Assembly: GCF_018977255.1 (NCBI RefSeq)
Contig: NW_024704742.1
Coordinates: 53,322,001-53,386,000 of the forward strand
DNA length: 64,000 nucleotides
Origin: Callorhinchus milii
Lineage: Eukaryota
Direction: 5' to 3'
This document shows positions 52,957 to 64,000 of the stretch, in pieces. Position 1 is the first letter of the stretch. Each line of letters starts with the position of its first letter. The notes under the pieces are model-generated. The model was given only the letters and a program-made list of their open reading frames with translations, searched no databases and had not been told where the DNA came from. The translations under genes and the position numbers were made by a program.

Positions 52957-53455
52957 CATGTTAGCCTGACTCAGTTGGTAGCACTCTCACCTCTGACTCA
53001 GAAGATTATGGGTTCAAGCCTCACATCAGAATTTAGAACCCATATAGTCTATGCTGATATATAGTCTATGATGAATCCAATACAGACCTAGGGGTTCTAC
53101 TTTGCCAGAGGTGCCATCTTTTGGAAGAGACATTAAACTAAGGCCCCATTTGCTGGACCTGAAACTACTGGTAAAGTCAGATGCCCGAGTAGAAATATCT
53201 TCTGCTCCTCAGCAGAACATTAAAGATCCCATGGCACTATTCAAAAAAAGAAACAGCTTGCCAACAATCCCCCCCAAATAAAATTGATCACTTGTTTCAT
53301 GGATGTTTGTGGGACACTGCTGGGCAAGGTTGGCTGCGGTGTTTGTCCACTTGTTACATAGTTACATTACTTTGCTGGTATCCATGAAGCGTTTTGATGT
53401 CCTTCCTGTGTGAAAGGTACTATATCAAAAGTAAGAATTATCATCAATAATATTA
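52957..53455 (+). mobile_element. DeuSINE-like SINE, full length
   Basis: Head tgttagcctgactcagttggtagcactctcacctctgactcagaagattatgggttcaagcc. Central gaggtgccatcttttggaagagacattaaac...taaagatcccatggcactattc resembles the recalled Deu domain. L2-type tail. Confidence 0.75.
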
Positions 53456-53514
53456 TATGGTTCCTAATTTTGACTACTCAATGACTTCTTTTATTAGCCA
53501 CTCATATTGTTAAC

Positions 53515-53840
53515 CAGTCAGCTCCAATCATTATCTGATCATGGATCTCCACTCACCTTAGAATCATTGGATTGCAGTTGTTAACTGTTCATTTAGTGCC
53601 AGTTACTGTATATTTTCTGAGCTCCAGTCACTGTGTAATCATGGGGCTCCAATCAATACAGAGTTATTGGGATTCAATCATTGTAGATTCATTGGCCTCC
53701 AGTCACTGTACAGTCTCAATCCCAATCATTTGGCTTGAGGTACGGTATATTCTTTGGGCTACAGTCATGTATAATCATAGGGCTCCAGTCATTCTAGAGT
53801 TATTGGATTCAATCACTGTAGAGTTATTGGGCTCCAGTTG
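53515..53840. repeat. Old degenerate minisatellite of about 25 bp
   Basis: Recurring units such as gggctccaatcaatacagagttatt, gggattcaatcattgtagattcatt, gggctccagtcattctagagttatt and ggattcaatcactgtagagttatt. Confidence 0.8.
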
Positions 53841-55289
53841 TTATCTGACTTCTTTCCTCAGCTCTTTATATTATTACCCCTGTGTCTAATCTTTGTCAGG
53901 CTCTTCTTCAAGTTCGTGCTGCTGAGGCATTCCATTGATGTCTTAGCTAATATCCAGCCTCCAGCAGCTGTTGCCTTTGAAGGATTAGGATCCACTTTGA
54001 AAGTTAGAAATAACTCATAGACAATCACACTCTAGGTTCATTTTACAGTGCAGTCTCTGACATCTGGGCCAACATCTAAGCAGCACTGTAACCTACATTC
54101 ATTGGGTGTACAACTGAAAATATTGGAAATGCATAGGAAATTGTCCAGAATGTGAAAGAGCACGACATGTTAATGGTTTAGATGTGGCATTTAATGAGAA
54201 CTGGAAAGCTAGAGAAATCCATTTATATGTCCAGACAGGTCAAACCAGGATACAGCCAATAAAGCAAAACAAGGGAGAAATAACAACGGGGAAAGGACTC
54301 AAATCTACTTACCATTCACAAAGAGGCAGTTAAAGTGCCATTAACAGATTCTTATGTGCTGGAAACTATGATAAAATCATAGAAATTTACAGCGCAGAAG
54401 AAGATCCATTCTGCCCTTCAAATCTCTACCAGCTCTCAGAGAAAACTATTCATTCAATCCCACTGCCTTTCCCTATCCGAATACCCCTTCAAGGCTTCAT
54501 CATATACCTTGTCTACTTCCCTCTTAAAACACACAATTGAGTCTACATCTACTGCCCACTATACAAAGGTCAGTCGTTGAATGTAATGTACACACATTTG
54601 AAAGACATAAAGATAGTGGGGCATGCAGATACCTAAATGGATTATATACATCATCATTAGCAGAGATTGTTTAAACCATTACTGCAATAATCCACCACAC
54701 GTTGAATTTGTTTGGATGCAATCCCATTCATTTCCTATCAATCCTTAATTGAGTGTGCTTCAGGTTAAATTTCAATTTAGGATATATGAGCTCTGCCTCC
54801 AAGCCCTTATGCCTGTAACTCACAGTCATCACAACACTGGGCAGAGATTTACTATCTCCACTGAGAGTATCCAAACCAGGGCAACCGCAATGATAAAGAA
54901 TGGTGAATGAAATCCACCTTACTTTTTTTTAATATCACAGAATATATTACCATAGAATTGTGTATCTCTGTGAGTGGCAATCTTGTGTTTGAAAGTAATT
55001 TGAGTATTCAGAATCTGGTGAATTTAGAAATCTTTGAGTTCATATTTACTTCTACATTTTGTATTTTACAGTCTACTGTTTCCAATTTGCTTACAAAATA
55101 CACAGTCACTACACTTTCTAGTAAATGCTGTGAAGCACTTTGAACAGTCATTTATGCAACATGTAAAGATCATTCTTATTATTACAACGATTGTTGTTAT
55201 TAGTTATTGCTGGGGAGCAGAAGACATGTCTACTTGGTCACATGATTTTGCCATCAAGTAGTTTCAGGTTAGTTGTTTGTTAGTTGTAG

Positions 55290-55478
55290 AAATAATAATA
55301 ACTTGGTCACTTCAATCCACGACTGTTTGTGGGACACTGCTGTACACAATTGGCTGCTGCGTTTTGCCCACAAATATACAGTCAATTAACTTTACAGTAT
55401 ATTCTGTGAAGCGCTTTGAGACGTCTAGAAGATGGGAAAAGCGCTATATCAAATGCAAGGATTATTATTATTATTATT
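55290..55478 (+). mobile_element. 5'-truncated copy of the tRNA(Ala)-like SINE
   Basis: ttggtcacttcaatccacgactgtttgtgggacactgc...aagcgctatatcaaatgcaaggattattattattattatt matches the 3' half of the 8163 copy. Confidence 0.88.
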
Positions 55479-57654
55479 AAATCTTCTCTCTTCTTCCCCA
55501 AGTATATGTCTTAACCTCAACTTCAGCAGAGAGTTCCCTACTAAAGTTTGCACACTTTGCCTTTTGGCATAGCAGTCATCTGAGTGGGCCCCTTAATTTG
55601 AAGCCATTCGTGGTTGCGTTTCTATGGGAAAGACATGTTATATGTTTTTGAGATGTTTAATTCAAAAGATATTCTGAGAAAAATACACACAAGGAGTTAA
55701 ACCACTAGTTGGGAAAAATGGTAGTGTAACAGCTTGAGGTTATGTAAATTTCCCAACCTTACCATGTTTGACTTGTTTAAATTAAATAATAGTACATAAC
55801 TTGCTAACAAACAAATCTGGGACATAAACTCTATAATGAGAACATGATAGGGGCCGTTCAGCCCTTCCAGGCTGCAGTTTGCTTGGACCCTGTACAATTT
55901 TCCTAATATGAATACCACTCAACTTATCTAATCTCCTGAGGGAATTAACAAAGCTTCCAAGATAAAGTTCTGCAAAATCTTTCCACAAAATCCTAAGATA
56001 GTCCAGCAAAATCCAGGATATCAACCCTACATTATAATATTTGATGCTTGCAGAGAATTTCTAAGTTGTTGTTGGCTGAAAAATGTGCCAAAGTGGACTC
56101 CATGTCACATAGCAGGACACAACCGTGGGCCAAAGTAATGATAGCTGTCCCTGTTCATTGGTTGGTGTACATCTTACTTGCATTAAAGCTGCCTTACAGT
56201 AATTACAGAAGTCAAAGCACGACACAAAGCAGAACACTGAAATAACTCACAACTGAGATAACAATCAATATTTTTGTTTGGAGAAAAGATTTTCTTTTGA
56301 CTGTGGATACGCAACATTGAAATATGTACTTGACAAAAGCTACATGCTAAGATATCAAATACCGCAAATTCCATTTTGGCAGACCATAGCATTAACATGC
56401 TGAAGGAACATAATATGCAACCTTTACAGCATATTCATTTTGGTTTGCAGTCTAGACAGTGTTGGCAACACCTGAAATTTAGTGCCTAATATTAGCACAA
56501 CATGTCATGTAGATTTGCATAAAGATTGGCTTTAAAATAACCAGTGGAGCTTGCAAACAATTTTATTTCACTGTTGTTTATGTTTTCAGTGTTATCTGAA
56601 TTTTTACCATCCTTCATCTCATTTCAACATTTAACAGTGGAAACCTAATCATGCCAAATAATTGAGATAGTAGACTCTATTGACAGTGTGGGAAACAAAA
56701 TCTGTTTCATTGAAAGGGGACACCCAGTGGTTTATGATCATGTTTTATCTGAGCTATTGACACTTACTAACCAGTGTTACACAACACACGCTTAACAATC
56801 CAATGGGCCCCATGTAATTTTTTTGTTAAAAATAGCAAAGACTCTTTGGTGCTTGGGCGCTTTTTATTTCTCAACATGCTTAACAATTTGAAGGCATGCA
56901 TGAGTTGGCTGATCATTTAAGTGGAGAAAAATGAAGATAAACAAACAAACAACTGTTTTGTGAAAAACCAATGCATGTTTTGTGAAGGATGGAATCTCCT
57001 ATTTGATTGAGATCAGTGATGCCATTACTAATGATACACTACTTCATCATAAATTAGCAAGGAATGGATAAAAATAAGCTTGATTTACAGTTTCATATAA
57101 TGGAGCACTTTTATGGTGCACAAGAAGTCATGGTGGAAAAATGCGGTACATGATGTGATAATTATCACATCACATACCACACATTCTCTCCCAATATTTA
57201 GTAATGCATTCTTCGAGCTATTTTCCATGGAGTCTAATAATATTTATGAATGGGAATAAGATCAAACTGAGAACTATGAAGATCATTCTTATCCCAGCAT
57301 ATAAGGAATTAAAGGCAGAGCTGACGGAACAGTTGGGACCAAATACAAGCTTTCAGCTTTTCAGAAACTTTGACAGAGTCTGATAGATACATGAACAAGA
57401 ATCAGCTGATCATGACATTGTGAAGCATTCGTTTTACATTACACAATTCAAAATGCAAGGAATTAACACGCAGTTGTTTGTAAAAATATGCTTTTATAAT
57501 TTTATATATAAAAGTTAAAAAATCTGCACATCGTTTGAGGAATTTGTTGAAGCTGTAGATGACAAACCCAGAGTGGAGCAGATTGACTTTTATTTAGATT
57601 CCCTCCTTAGCCAGTGGATTTCACTAAAATTTTAATAAAAAAGGTACTTACGAA

Positions 57655-57985
57655 TAACAACAAATGACACTTATATAGTGCCTTTCACATCAGGATGACG
57701 TCCCGAGGTGCTGGACACTCAAGCGTTGGAATCAAACATGGGATTGGATTAGAAATGGAGAGAAAGGGGCCTGGGGGGTGGGAGGATAGCTGAAGGCACG
57801 GTCAAAGAGGAAGGTCTAAGACAGGCCTTCAAGGAAACAAAAGAAGGGGGTGAGGCGAAGGGATGGAGTTCCAAAGGATGGGGGCAGAAAAGCTCAAGGC
57901 CCGACCATTGATGATGGGGTGTCAGGGCAGGGGTCATGGAGCAGGCCAGTGCCCGCCGAGCAGAGGGAGCGGGAAGGTTGGTAAA
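57655..57985 (-). mobile_element. L2 LINE 3' fragment
   Basis: Reverse complement of the L2 3' end (cacttatatagtgcctttcacatcaggatgacgtcc...ggagttccaaaggatgggggcagaaagctcaaggcccgacc). It abuts the younger L2 copy. Confidence 0.8.
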
Positions 57986-57997
57986 ATGTTAGTGTTA

Positions 57998-58485
57998 CAA
58001 CAACAACAACTTGGATTTATATAGCGCCCCCCACGCCGGATGGTGTCTCAGAGCGCTTCACAGTAACGGATCCTGGGACCGAGCTGGGGGGAGGGGGAGG
58101 AAGGTGACCAAAGGCGCGGTCGAAGAGAAAGGTCTTCAGCCGAGACCTGAAAATAGAAAGAGAGGGAGCGAGGCGAAGGGAGTAAGGAAGGGAATTCCAG
58201 AGCCTCGGGGCATAGTGGCTGAAGGCACGGCCGCCAAGGGTGAGCGGAGGACTCGGGAGACGAGAAGGAGGCCAGACCCGGAGGAACAAAGGCAACGGGT
58301 ACTGTTTTGAGAAGAGAGGTCAGAGAGGTAGGGGGTGCTGAGGAATGCAGGGACTTGAATACAAGGGTGAGGATCTTGAAATTGATCCTCTCTGGGATAG
58401 GCAACCATTGCAGTCTGGCAAGGACTGGGGTGATCGGGGAGTGGAGTGCAGAAGTAGGGAGGAGAAGAAGTAGGGAGGAGCAAGA
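57998..58485 (-). mobile_element. L2 LINE 3' fragment (relatively young, CpG-rich)
   Basis: Minus-strand peptides SPITPVLARLQWLPIPERINFKILTLVFKSLHSSAP and TLGGRAFSHYAPRLWNSLPYSLRLAPSLSIFRSRLKTFLF; (GTT)n tail at about 57998-58010. Confidence 0.92.
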
Positions 58486-59683
58486 ACTATAGAAAGTTAC
58501 ACCACAGAAGGAGGCCATACAGACTGTACTGTCTGTCTGAAAGAGAGAACTATTCTGCAACAGCTCATTTCTATAATAATATCTGCATTGACTGGGAGAT
58601 TTACAAATGTTTCTGAGTTCCATGATATGAAGGAAGAACTATATGATGATGCATTTGAAGCTACTCTCTCCAGGGCAACTATAGATTATAACTAGTCTCT
58701 AGTAACTCTCTAATGTTCCTAGTTTATCTATTGATTCAAAGATGGTACAAATAACGAAGCCGATTCATTGGGGAAATCATTAACTTTCCTTGATTGACAG
58801 CCTAACCAGTCAATCCCTAATATTTGTAGCTGCATTATTGAAGCAATGGATGAGCAAAATTGAAGTTCAGAACAATTCGTTAGGATAGTTAATAACAGGA
58901 AGAGACAATGGGAGAAGATATACCTTGCATAGATCCATCTTGTTTAATGTTCTTTGAATTGTCAGGTCATTGGATTAATTTGGTTTCTATTTTACAGCCA
59001 ATTTAGGAACATAATCCTATTTATACTGACAAGAAGGGAAATAATGGTCGACAGTATATCAACAGCTTCTCACTCCTTAAGTCAAGTTGTCTGACCACAT
59101 GTTTTTCCATTAACTACCTCAGGGATGGTTTTAATAAACATTGAACCTTATAAAAGATAGAAATAGATACTGTGCAGTTCTAAACACAAGGCACGAATGC
59201 ATGTTGTAACAGGGTGAGGTGACATTAGATACAGTATATAGTAATATTCTGGAGATATCACAATGGTAGCTCACTGCCCAGGATCAAATTGGCTTGGTTG
59301 TATTAACATGCAAACCTAGCATCCATTTGAGCAAAGGATAATCAGTATAAATGTTTCAATAATTCCCAGTGACTGGAGACATGAAAAGGGTGGGGAAGGT
59401 AAAAACCACAGTAATCCCAACTGTGAGAGTGCAACCTCAACACCAGTGTTTCTATATTTCTTAAACATTCTGTTTATTCTGGTGTTGGTTAATGTTGTGC
59501 TCATCAAAGAGGAATGTTATTGCTAGGAAGTAGAACATTTTCTCATTTGTGCATCTAAAATATTAGTATCAAGCTCAGTTGGATACCCGAGCAAAGCTCT
59601 CTCTGTTCTACCCATACAAAGCACCTCAGCATCAACATAATAAGAGGACTCATTATTACTTGTTACAGAACAATTTCCCACAC

Positions 59684-59697
59684 CAGCCATCTAGTGG
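59684..59697 (-). promoter_or_regulatory. Candidate CTCF binding motif
   Basis: The minus strand reads CCACTAGATGGCTG, a close match to the CTCF core. Motif match only. Confidence 0.35.
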
Positions 59698-60519
59698 TCT
59701 CTCCGAGATTCACAATATAATGCCATCAGTGGTGAATAAAGTATAGTTTGAGGGGAGAGCCTCTGACCTCCAGGAATTGCGCTGAATCTGCCCCTAATTT
59801 TCCATTTGATCTTTACGAGTAACAGCTTGAGGTCAGTCTGACTATATCTACATCCAGTTATGGAGACTTGAAAGTGAGAAATTCATTAGGGAAATAGACC
59901 AAATTGAGCTTGGAAACAAACCACATGTTCACCAGAATGTTCAAAACTCAGTGCTTTGTTTATAAGTCTACACATATCACACAGACTTTCTTATTAAAGA
60001 ATAAACTCCAGTGCATTGCTAGTGGAGCACTGCATGGTCAGAGTTTCTGTGGTTCAGATGAGCTGTTGAATGAATGAACCAAGGTCAATCACTTCATTGT
60101 TGTTTGTGGGACGTTGCTAAATGCATATTGGTTGCCATGTTCACCCCCACAATTCACACAACTTTATAGTATATCCTGGGGAATGTCTTGACAATTATAT
60201 AAGACCTTTAATGTGACGTCAAACACAATGATTATTATTATATATATCTTGAAATTAGCTGCAGGATAAATTGAAATAACTCAAGAAGTGCTCTATTGAT
60301 GATAAACTTGGATTGTAATAGGATTTAGAAGGGGGAAAATACAATTTTTGTCTTGATTTACTCTATGTATTATTTTAGAGGATTCAGAATTTGACAAATT
60401 ATTTGAATTCAGTCTTAATTTTAAAGTCAGTTTGTAGTTCTTAAAAGAAACTTACAGAAAAACAGCTACAAATTTAAGGCTTTAATTAAAAGTAACAAGA
60501 TTGGCATTACTCCATCAAA

Positions 60520-60877
60520 AAGTACCATGTCTTTGAGATGTCTCAAAGCGCTTCACAGAATATACTGTAAAGTGTATTTACTGTATATTTTGTGGGTGAA
60601 AAGCAGCAGCCAATTGCACACAACAGTGTCTCACAAATAGTCATGGATTGAGTGATCAAATTATTATTATTTTTTAAAATTTATTTTTTTGGAGGGATTA
60701 TTAACCATTGAAAAAGCAATCCGCCAATCAACTAATAACCGGGTTCCTACTTAGTGCTAGGTAAACAGAGGTAAGTGGAGTAAAGAAACTTGCCTAAGGT
60801 TTCACCCTGGCCAGGAAATGAACCCAGGTCCTCTTGATTGCTAGGTGACTGCTCTAACCAATACATTACAGGACTCC
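60520..60877 (-). mobile_element. tRNA-like SINE, long subfamily (extra internal segment)
   Basis: The reverse complement starts ggagtcctgtaatgtattggttagagc...gggttcatttcc. It includes acctagcactaagtaggaacccggttattagttgattggcggattgc, shared with 49804-49850, and then the common 3' body. Confidence 0.85.
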
Positions 60878-61418
60878 ACATTGGCTACAGAATTATACTT
60901 TACAGTATATCTTGTGAAAAGTGCTTTGTGATGTCCTCCTGACTTGAAAGGCACCAAGTTAAGTGTATTGTAATTTATTGTAAGTTGGCGATCTACTGCT
61001 TGTATTAGCCATATGTCAACTCTTTAAACATTTGAATAGCTGCTTCAGTGAAAATAATTGCATGCATTTTACATGATATAACAGCCTCAACATCTGCAGT
61101 GCTAGAAGTGTAAAAATAAACGGGTCAAGGATAGACGTATAACATATTTGACAGACTACTAAGTTTTAAGAGCGTGATGTTTTTATGTGGCAATTTAAGC
61201 TTCATAAACCGACATCATTCTGCTTGTACTGTAACCTTTTTGCTTCACTTTATTTAGACTTACAGTGCTGCGAACAGGAGAGAAAAGCCATACAGAAGAC
61301 TTGACAGTTTAAGTGAGTGACCTGAAAATAATAATTGGTTTAGTCACATAAAATAAAAGAGCAACAAGTCAATCAGGTGCCATTGTCGAGTAAAATTAAT
61401 AGGAGAATATTTTCTTAC

Positions 61419-62441
61419 CTTTCTCTTCCGAAGTTTTATGGTACAATCCGCAGGATCGCAATTGGTTGTATTTTCCTGTAAATTTAAAACTGGGGGATCT
61501 TGCTTTGATACATTTGCAGGATCATTTTGACAAGGAGGATCATCCTGAGACTCTCCCACATGTTGAGTGACTTCCCCCTGAATGGCTTCATTACAACTCT
61601 CCCTTGGACATGTCTGAGCCTCAATTATCCGTTCCACAGGGGTAACCACTGACACTACCCTTACATCACTGTCAGCAGCAAGACATGAATCAACAGATGA
61701 TTCCAACACATCTTTAGTGAATTCACTCTCATCTTTATCTTCTGATGCCTCATGTTTTCTTTGCTGCTGTGCAACAACCGCGGTTTGGGGAAGCACCTCT
61801 GTCGAAGCATTGATGTCTTCTACATCCAAATTCTTATCCACTCCTCTCTTTGGTAAATCCTTCATATCTATCACCTCGGAAGACTCTGTAGGCACACTCA
61901 CTTTAATATCCTCCTCCTTATCCTCTTCTGGAACTAAATCATAATCAAGTTCAACGACTATTTCAAAGTTGTCTGGCATACTCCTGGCCACTGGTTTGAT
62001 CTTCAGTACTGGGGTGATCTCAACAAGTGTCTGTTCTTGCCCTGAATCCAGCTCCTCGCTTGCATTTTGATCGTCCTCTGAGCTGAGATCTGCATTTTCA
62101 TCAGACACATGGACCAAGGTCTCCGTACTTGCTTCCAGTGGCAGACAGCGTTCCTCGCTTTCGTGGTTATCATTCTCATCCACTTCTTTTCTATGGTCGC
62201 ACAGCTTCTTCTCTTGAAAGTCAAAGGATTCGGGGTTGTGGCAACATTCTGGTAGGGAAATACTGGAAAATCGCTCCTGCTTGTCCAATTTGGATACTTC
62301 ATTGCTTTCCATACTTGGGTTTAGATTATCAGCCATGAGCCCATGACAACAGACTGCACCAGAATCAACAGAATCAAATGAAAAGACAGGCCAATTAGTC
62401 ACATGGTCTTCCCAGCTTCTCTTCTTATTGGCTAAAGACAT
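61419..62441 (-). CDS. DLC1: DLC1 (Rho GTPase-activating protein 7) long isoform, first coding exon (N-terminal extension, 341 codons)
   Basis: The translation MSLANKKRSWEDHVTNW...CCHGLMADNL...SLPECCH...KEVDENDNHESEE...LPLEASTETLVHVSDENAD...AVVAQQQRK...IKLRKRK matches the recalled N-terminus of vertebrate DLC1 isoform 1 (MSVAIRKRSWEEHVTHW...LEASTETLVHVSDEDAD...VRLRKRK). Donor AAG|GTAAGA at 61419/61418; 1023 nt, phase 0. Confidence 0.96.
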
Positions 62442-62571
62442 GTCATCACAATTCAGTTGCTGTTTTTCCAGGCATATTACAGAGAGAGAGAAAATTGGGA
62501 CGATCTCTTCACTTTTTCCACGAATAAGGGCACTTGGCAGTTTCCGTTCCTCAATACCATGTTAACAGCAT
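62442..62571 (-). other. DLC1: 5' UTR part of the first coding DLC1 exon, with splice acceptor at 62573-62572
   Basis: The minus strand reads cttcatttcttctttgctttgcaacgcAG|atgctg..., a polypyrimidine tract plus CAG 130 nt upstream of the ATG. This implies a non-coding upstream exon, not identified in the window. Confidence 0.7.
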
Positions 62572-63149
62572 CTGCGTTGCAAAGCAAAGAAGAAATGAAG
62601 AAGCTTGACCAAAAATTACATCTTACACAGAAAAAGGCACTATCTCTGTGCCAAAATCTGATTCATCACAGCAATGCTGCGAATGTCGCTTTCTTTTTTT
62701 TTAAAACTTAGATGAACGCCAGAACATTTCAATGGAATACAAAGTATGCTGACATTTAAATATTCTGAAATGTGAAAATGAAACTGAGCCACACACACAG
62801 ACCTAGGTTGGTCCCAGGTTCAATTTCTGTCTGTGGTCTGTACCGAGTTAGCTGAGCTCAGTTAGCTTGGCAATTGGGTTACTGCAACGAGTACAATAGA
62901 AATTTACAGCACAGAAGGCCATCTTGTCTATTGTGTAGAGAGGAGATGCATTGAAGAACATACTTGTGTAATTTACAGTTATTCCTTAAGAGGAAATAAC
63001 AGATATGGATTTGATGGAGCCTCGAAGATTATTTATTGGGAGGGTGGGGTGGAGGAAGGAATGGTTGCATCAAATTCTGTTTGTTTGGCAGAAACTACTA
63101 GTAAATGACTACTATAGTGTAGAAGTGGTGCTACTGCATAATCTATTGT

Positions 63150-63850
63150 CATAGAATTATACAGCACAGAAGGAGGCCATTCAGCCCATCATGTCTGTCC
63201 CGGCTCTTTGAAAAGAGCTAACCAAATCAATCCCATTCCCCCACTCTCTCCGCATAGGCCTACAAACTTGTCCTCCTCAAATAATTATCCACTTTCCTCT
63301 TAAAAGTTGTTATCGAATTGGCTTCCACCACCCTTTCAGGCAATACATTCCAGATCCGAACAACTCACTGTGTGAAAAAATTTCTATTCACCTCCCCTCT
63401 GTTTCTTTTAACAACTATGTTAAACTAGTGACTTTGGGTTACCCAGTGGAAATAGTTTCTCCTTGCTCACCTTATCGAATCCCCTCATAATTTTGAAAAC
63501 TTCTATTAAGTCTCCACTTAACCTTCTCTGCTTCAAGGAAGCTTCTCTAGCCTCTCCTGATAACTGAAGTCCCTCATTCCTGGTACCATCCTGGTAAATC
63601 TCCTTTGCACCCTCTCCAATACCTTGACATCCTTCCTAAAGTGTGGTGCCCAGAACTGAACACAGTACTCTAGCTGAGGCCTAACCAATGTTTTATAAAG
63701 GTTCATCATAACTTCCTGACTTTTGTAATCTATGCCCCTATTTATAAAGCCTAGTATCCCATATACTTTTTGTTTACAGCTTTATCTACCTGTCCTGCCA
63801 CCTTCAAAGATTTACTTATATGAACCCCCAGGTCTCTGTTCCTTCACCCC
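63150..63850 (-). mobile_element. CR1 LINE 3' fragment (older subfamily)
   Basis: Begins catagaattatacagcacagaaggaggccattcagccc (reverse CR1 3' end). Contains gtgtggtgcccagaactgaacacagtactctagctgaggcctaacc, which encodes VRPQLEYCVQFWAPH on the minus strand. Confidence 0.9.
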
Positions 63851-64000
63851 CTTTCTTTCATGAACTATGAACCATCTACATTTCATATAAGTTGTAGTTT
63901 TAAGTTTTTTTGAATTTTTTTATTGAGTTAAAATCCCTTACAAAAGCAAACAAACCAAAATGGAACCAGCATATATAGTGAATTACGGGGAGATGGAGGT

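Noticed and set aside
61344..61418. C-terminal residues of the 365-aa ORF as regular DLC1 coding sequence
   Set aside because: Similarity ends at LRKRK, where a strong GTAAGA donor lies; the rest is intron read-through.
62003..62302. 99-aa alternative-frame ORF and the antisense ORFs overlapping the DLC1 exon
   Set aside because: These are shadow ORFs of a real exon with no recognisable homology.

Overview
This is eukaryotic, AT-rich, repeat-dense DNA, most likely from a cartilaginous fish. That assignment is inferred from the SINE, LINE and Penelope-type repeat repertoire; the species cannot be determined from the sequence alone. The window lies within the 5' part of DLC1 (ARHGAP7/STARD12), transcribed on the minus strand. 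Three coding exons of the long isoform's N-terminal extension are recognisable, all with canonical AG/GT boundaries and phase-0 junctions: 62441-61419 (341 codons), 16017-15868 (50 codons) and 7589-7458 (44 codons). No exons for the SAM, RhoGAP or START domains were found; they presumably lie beyond position 1. The rest is intron containing tRNA-Ala-like SINEs, DeuSINE-like SINEs, L2 and CR1 fragments, a palindromic MITE family, a decayed Ginger/KRBA2-type DDE integrase, a probable decayed Harbinger Myb/SANT gene, a candidate solo LTR and minisatellites. The most interesting structures are an inverted pair of Penelope-type repeats carrying a minimal hammerhead ribozyme in the DLC1 sense orientation (about 10.5-11.0 kb) and a near-perfect hairpin with about 70-bp arms at the 5' end of an L2 fragment (43.2-43.3 kb). 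I see no evidence of a new multi-gene system. Almost all short ORFs in the track are spurious or repeat-derived. Repeat coordinates are approximate, and family names come from recalled motifs, not from searches.
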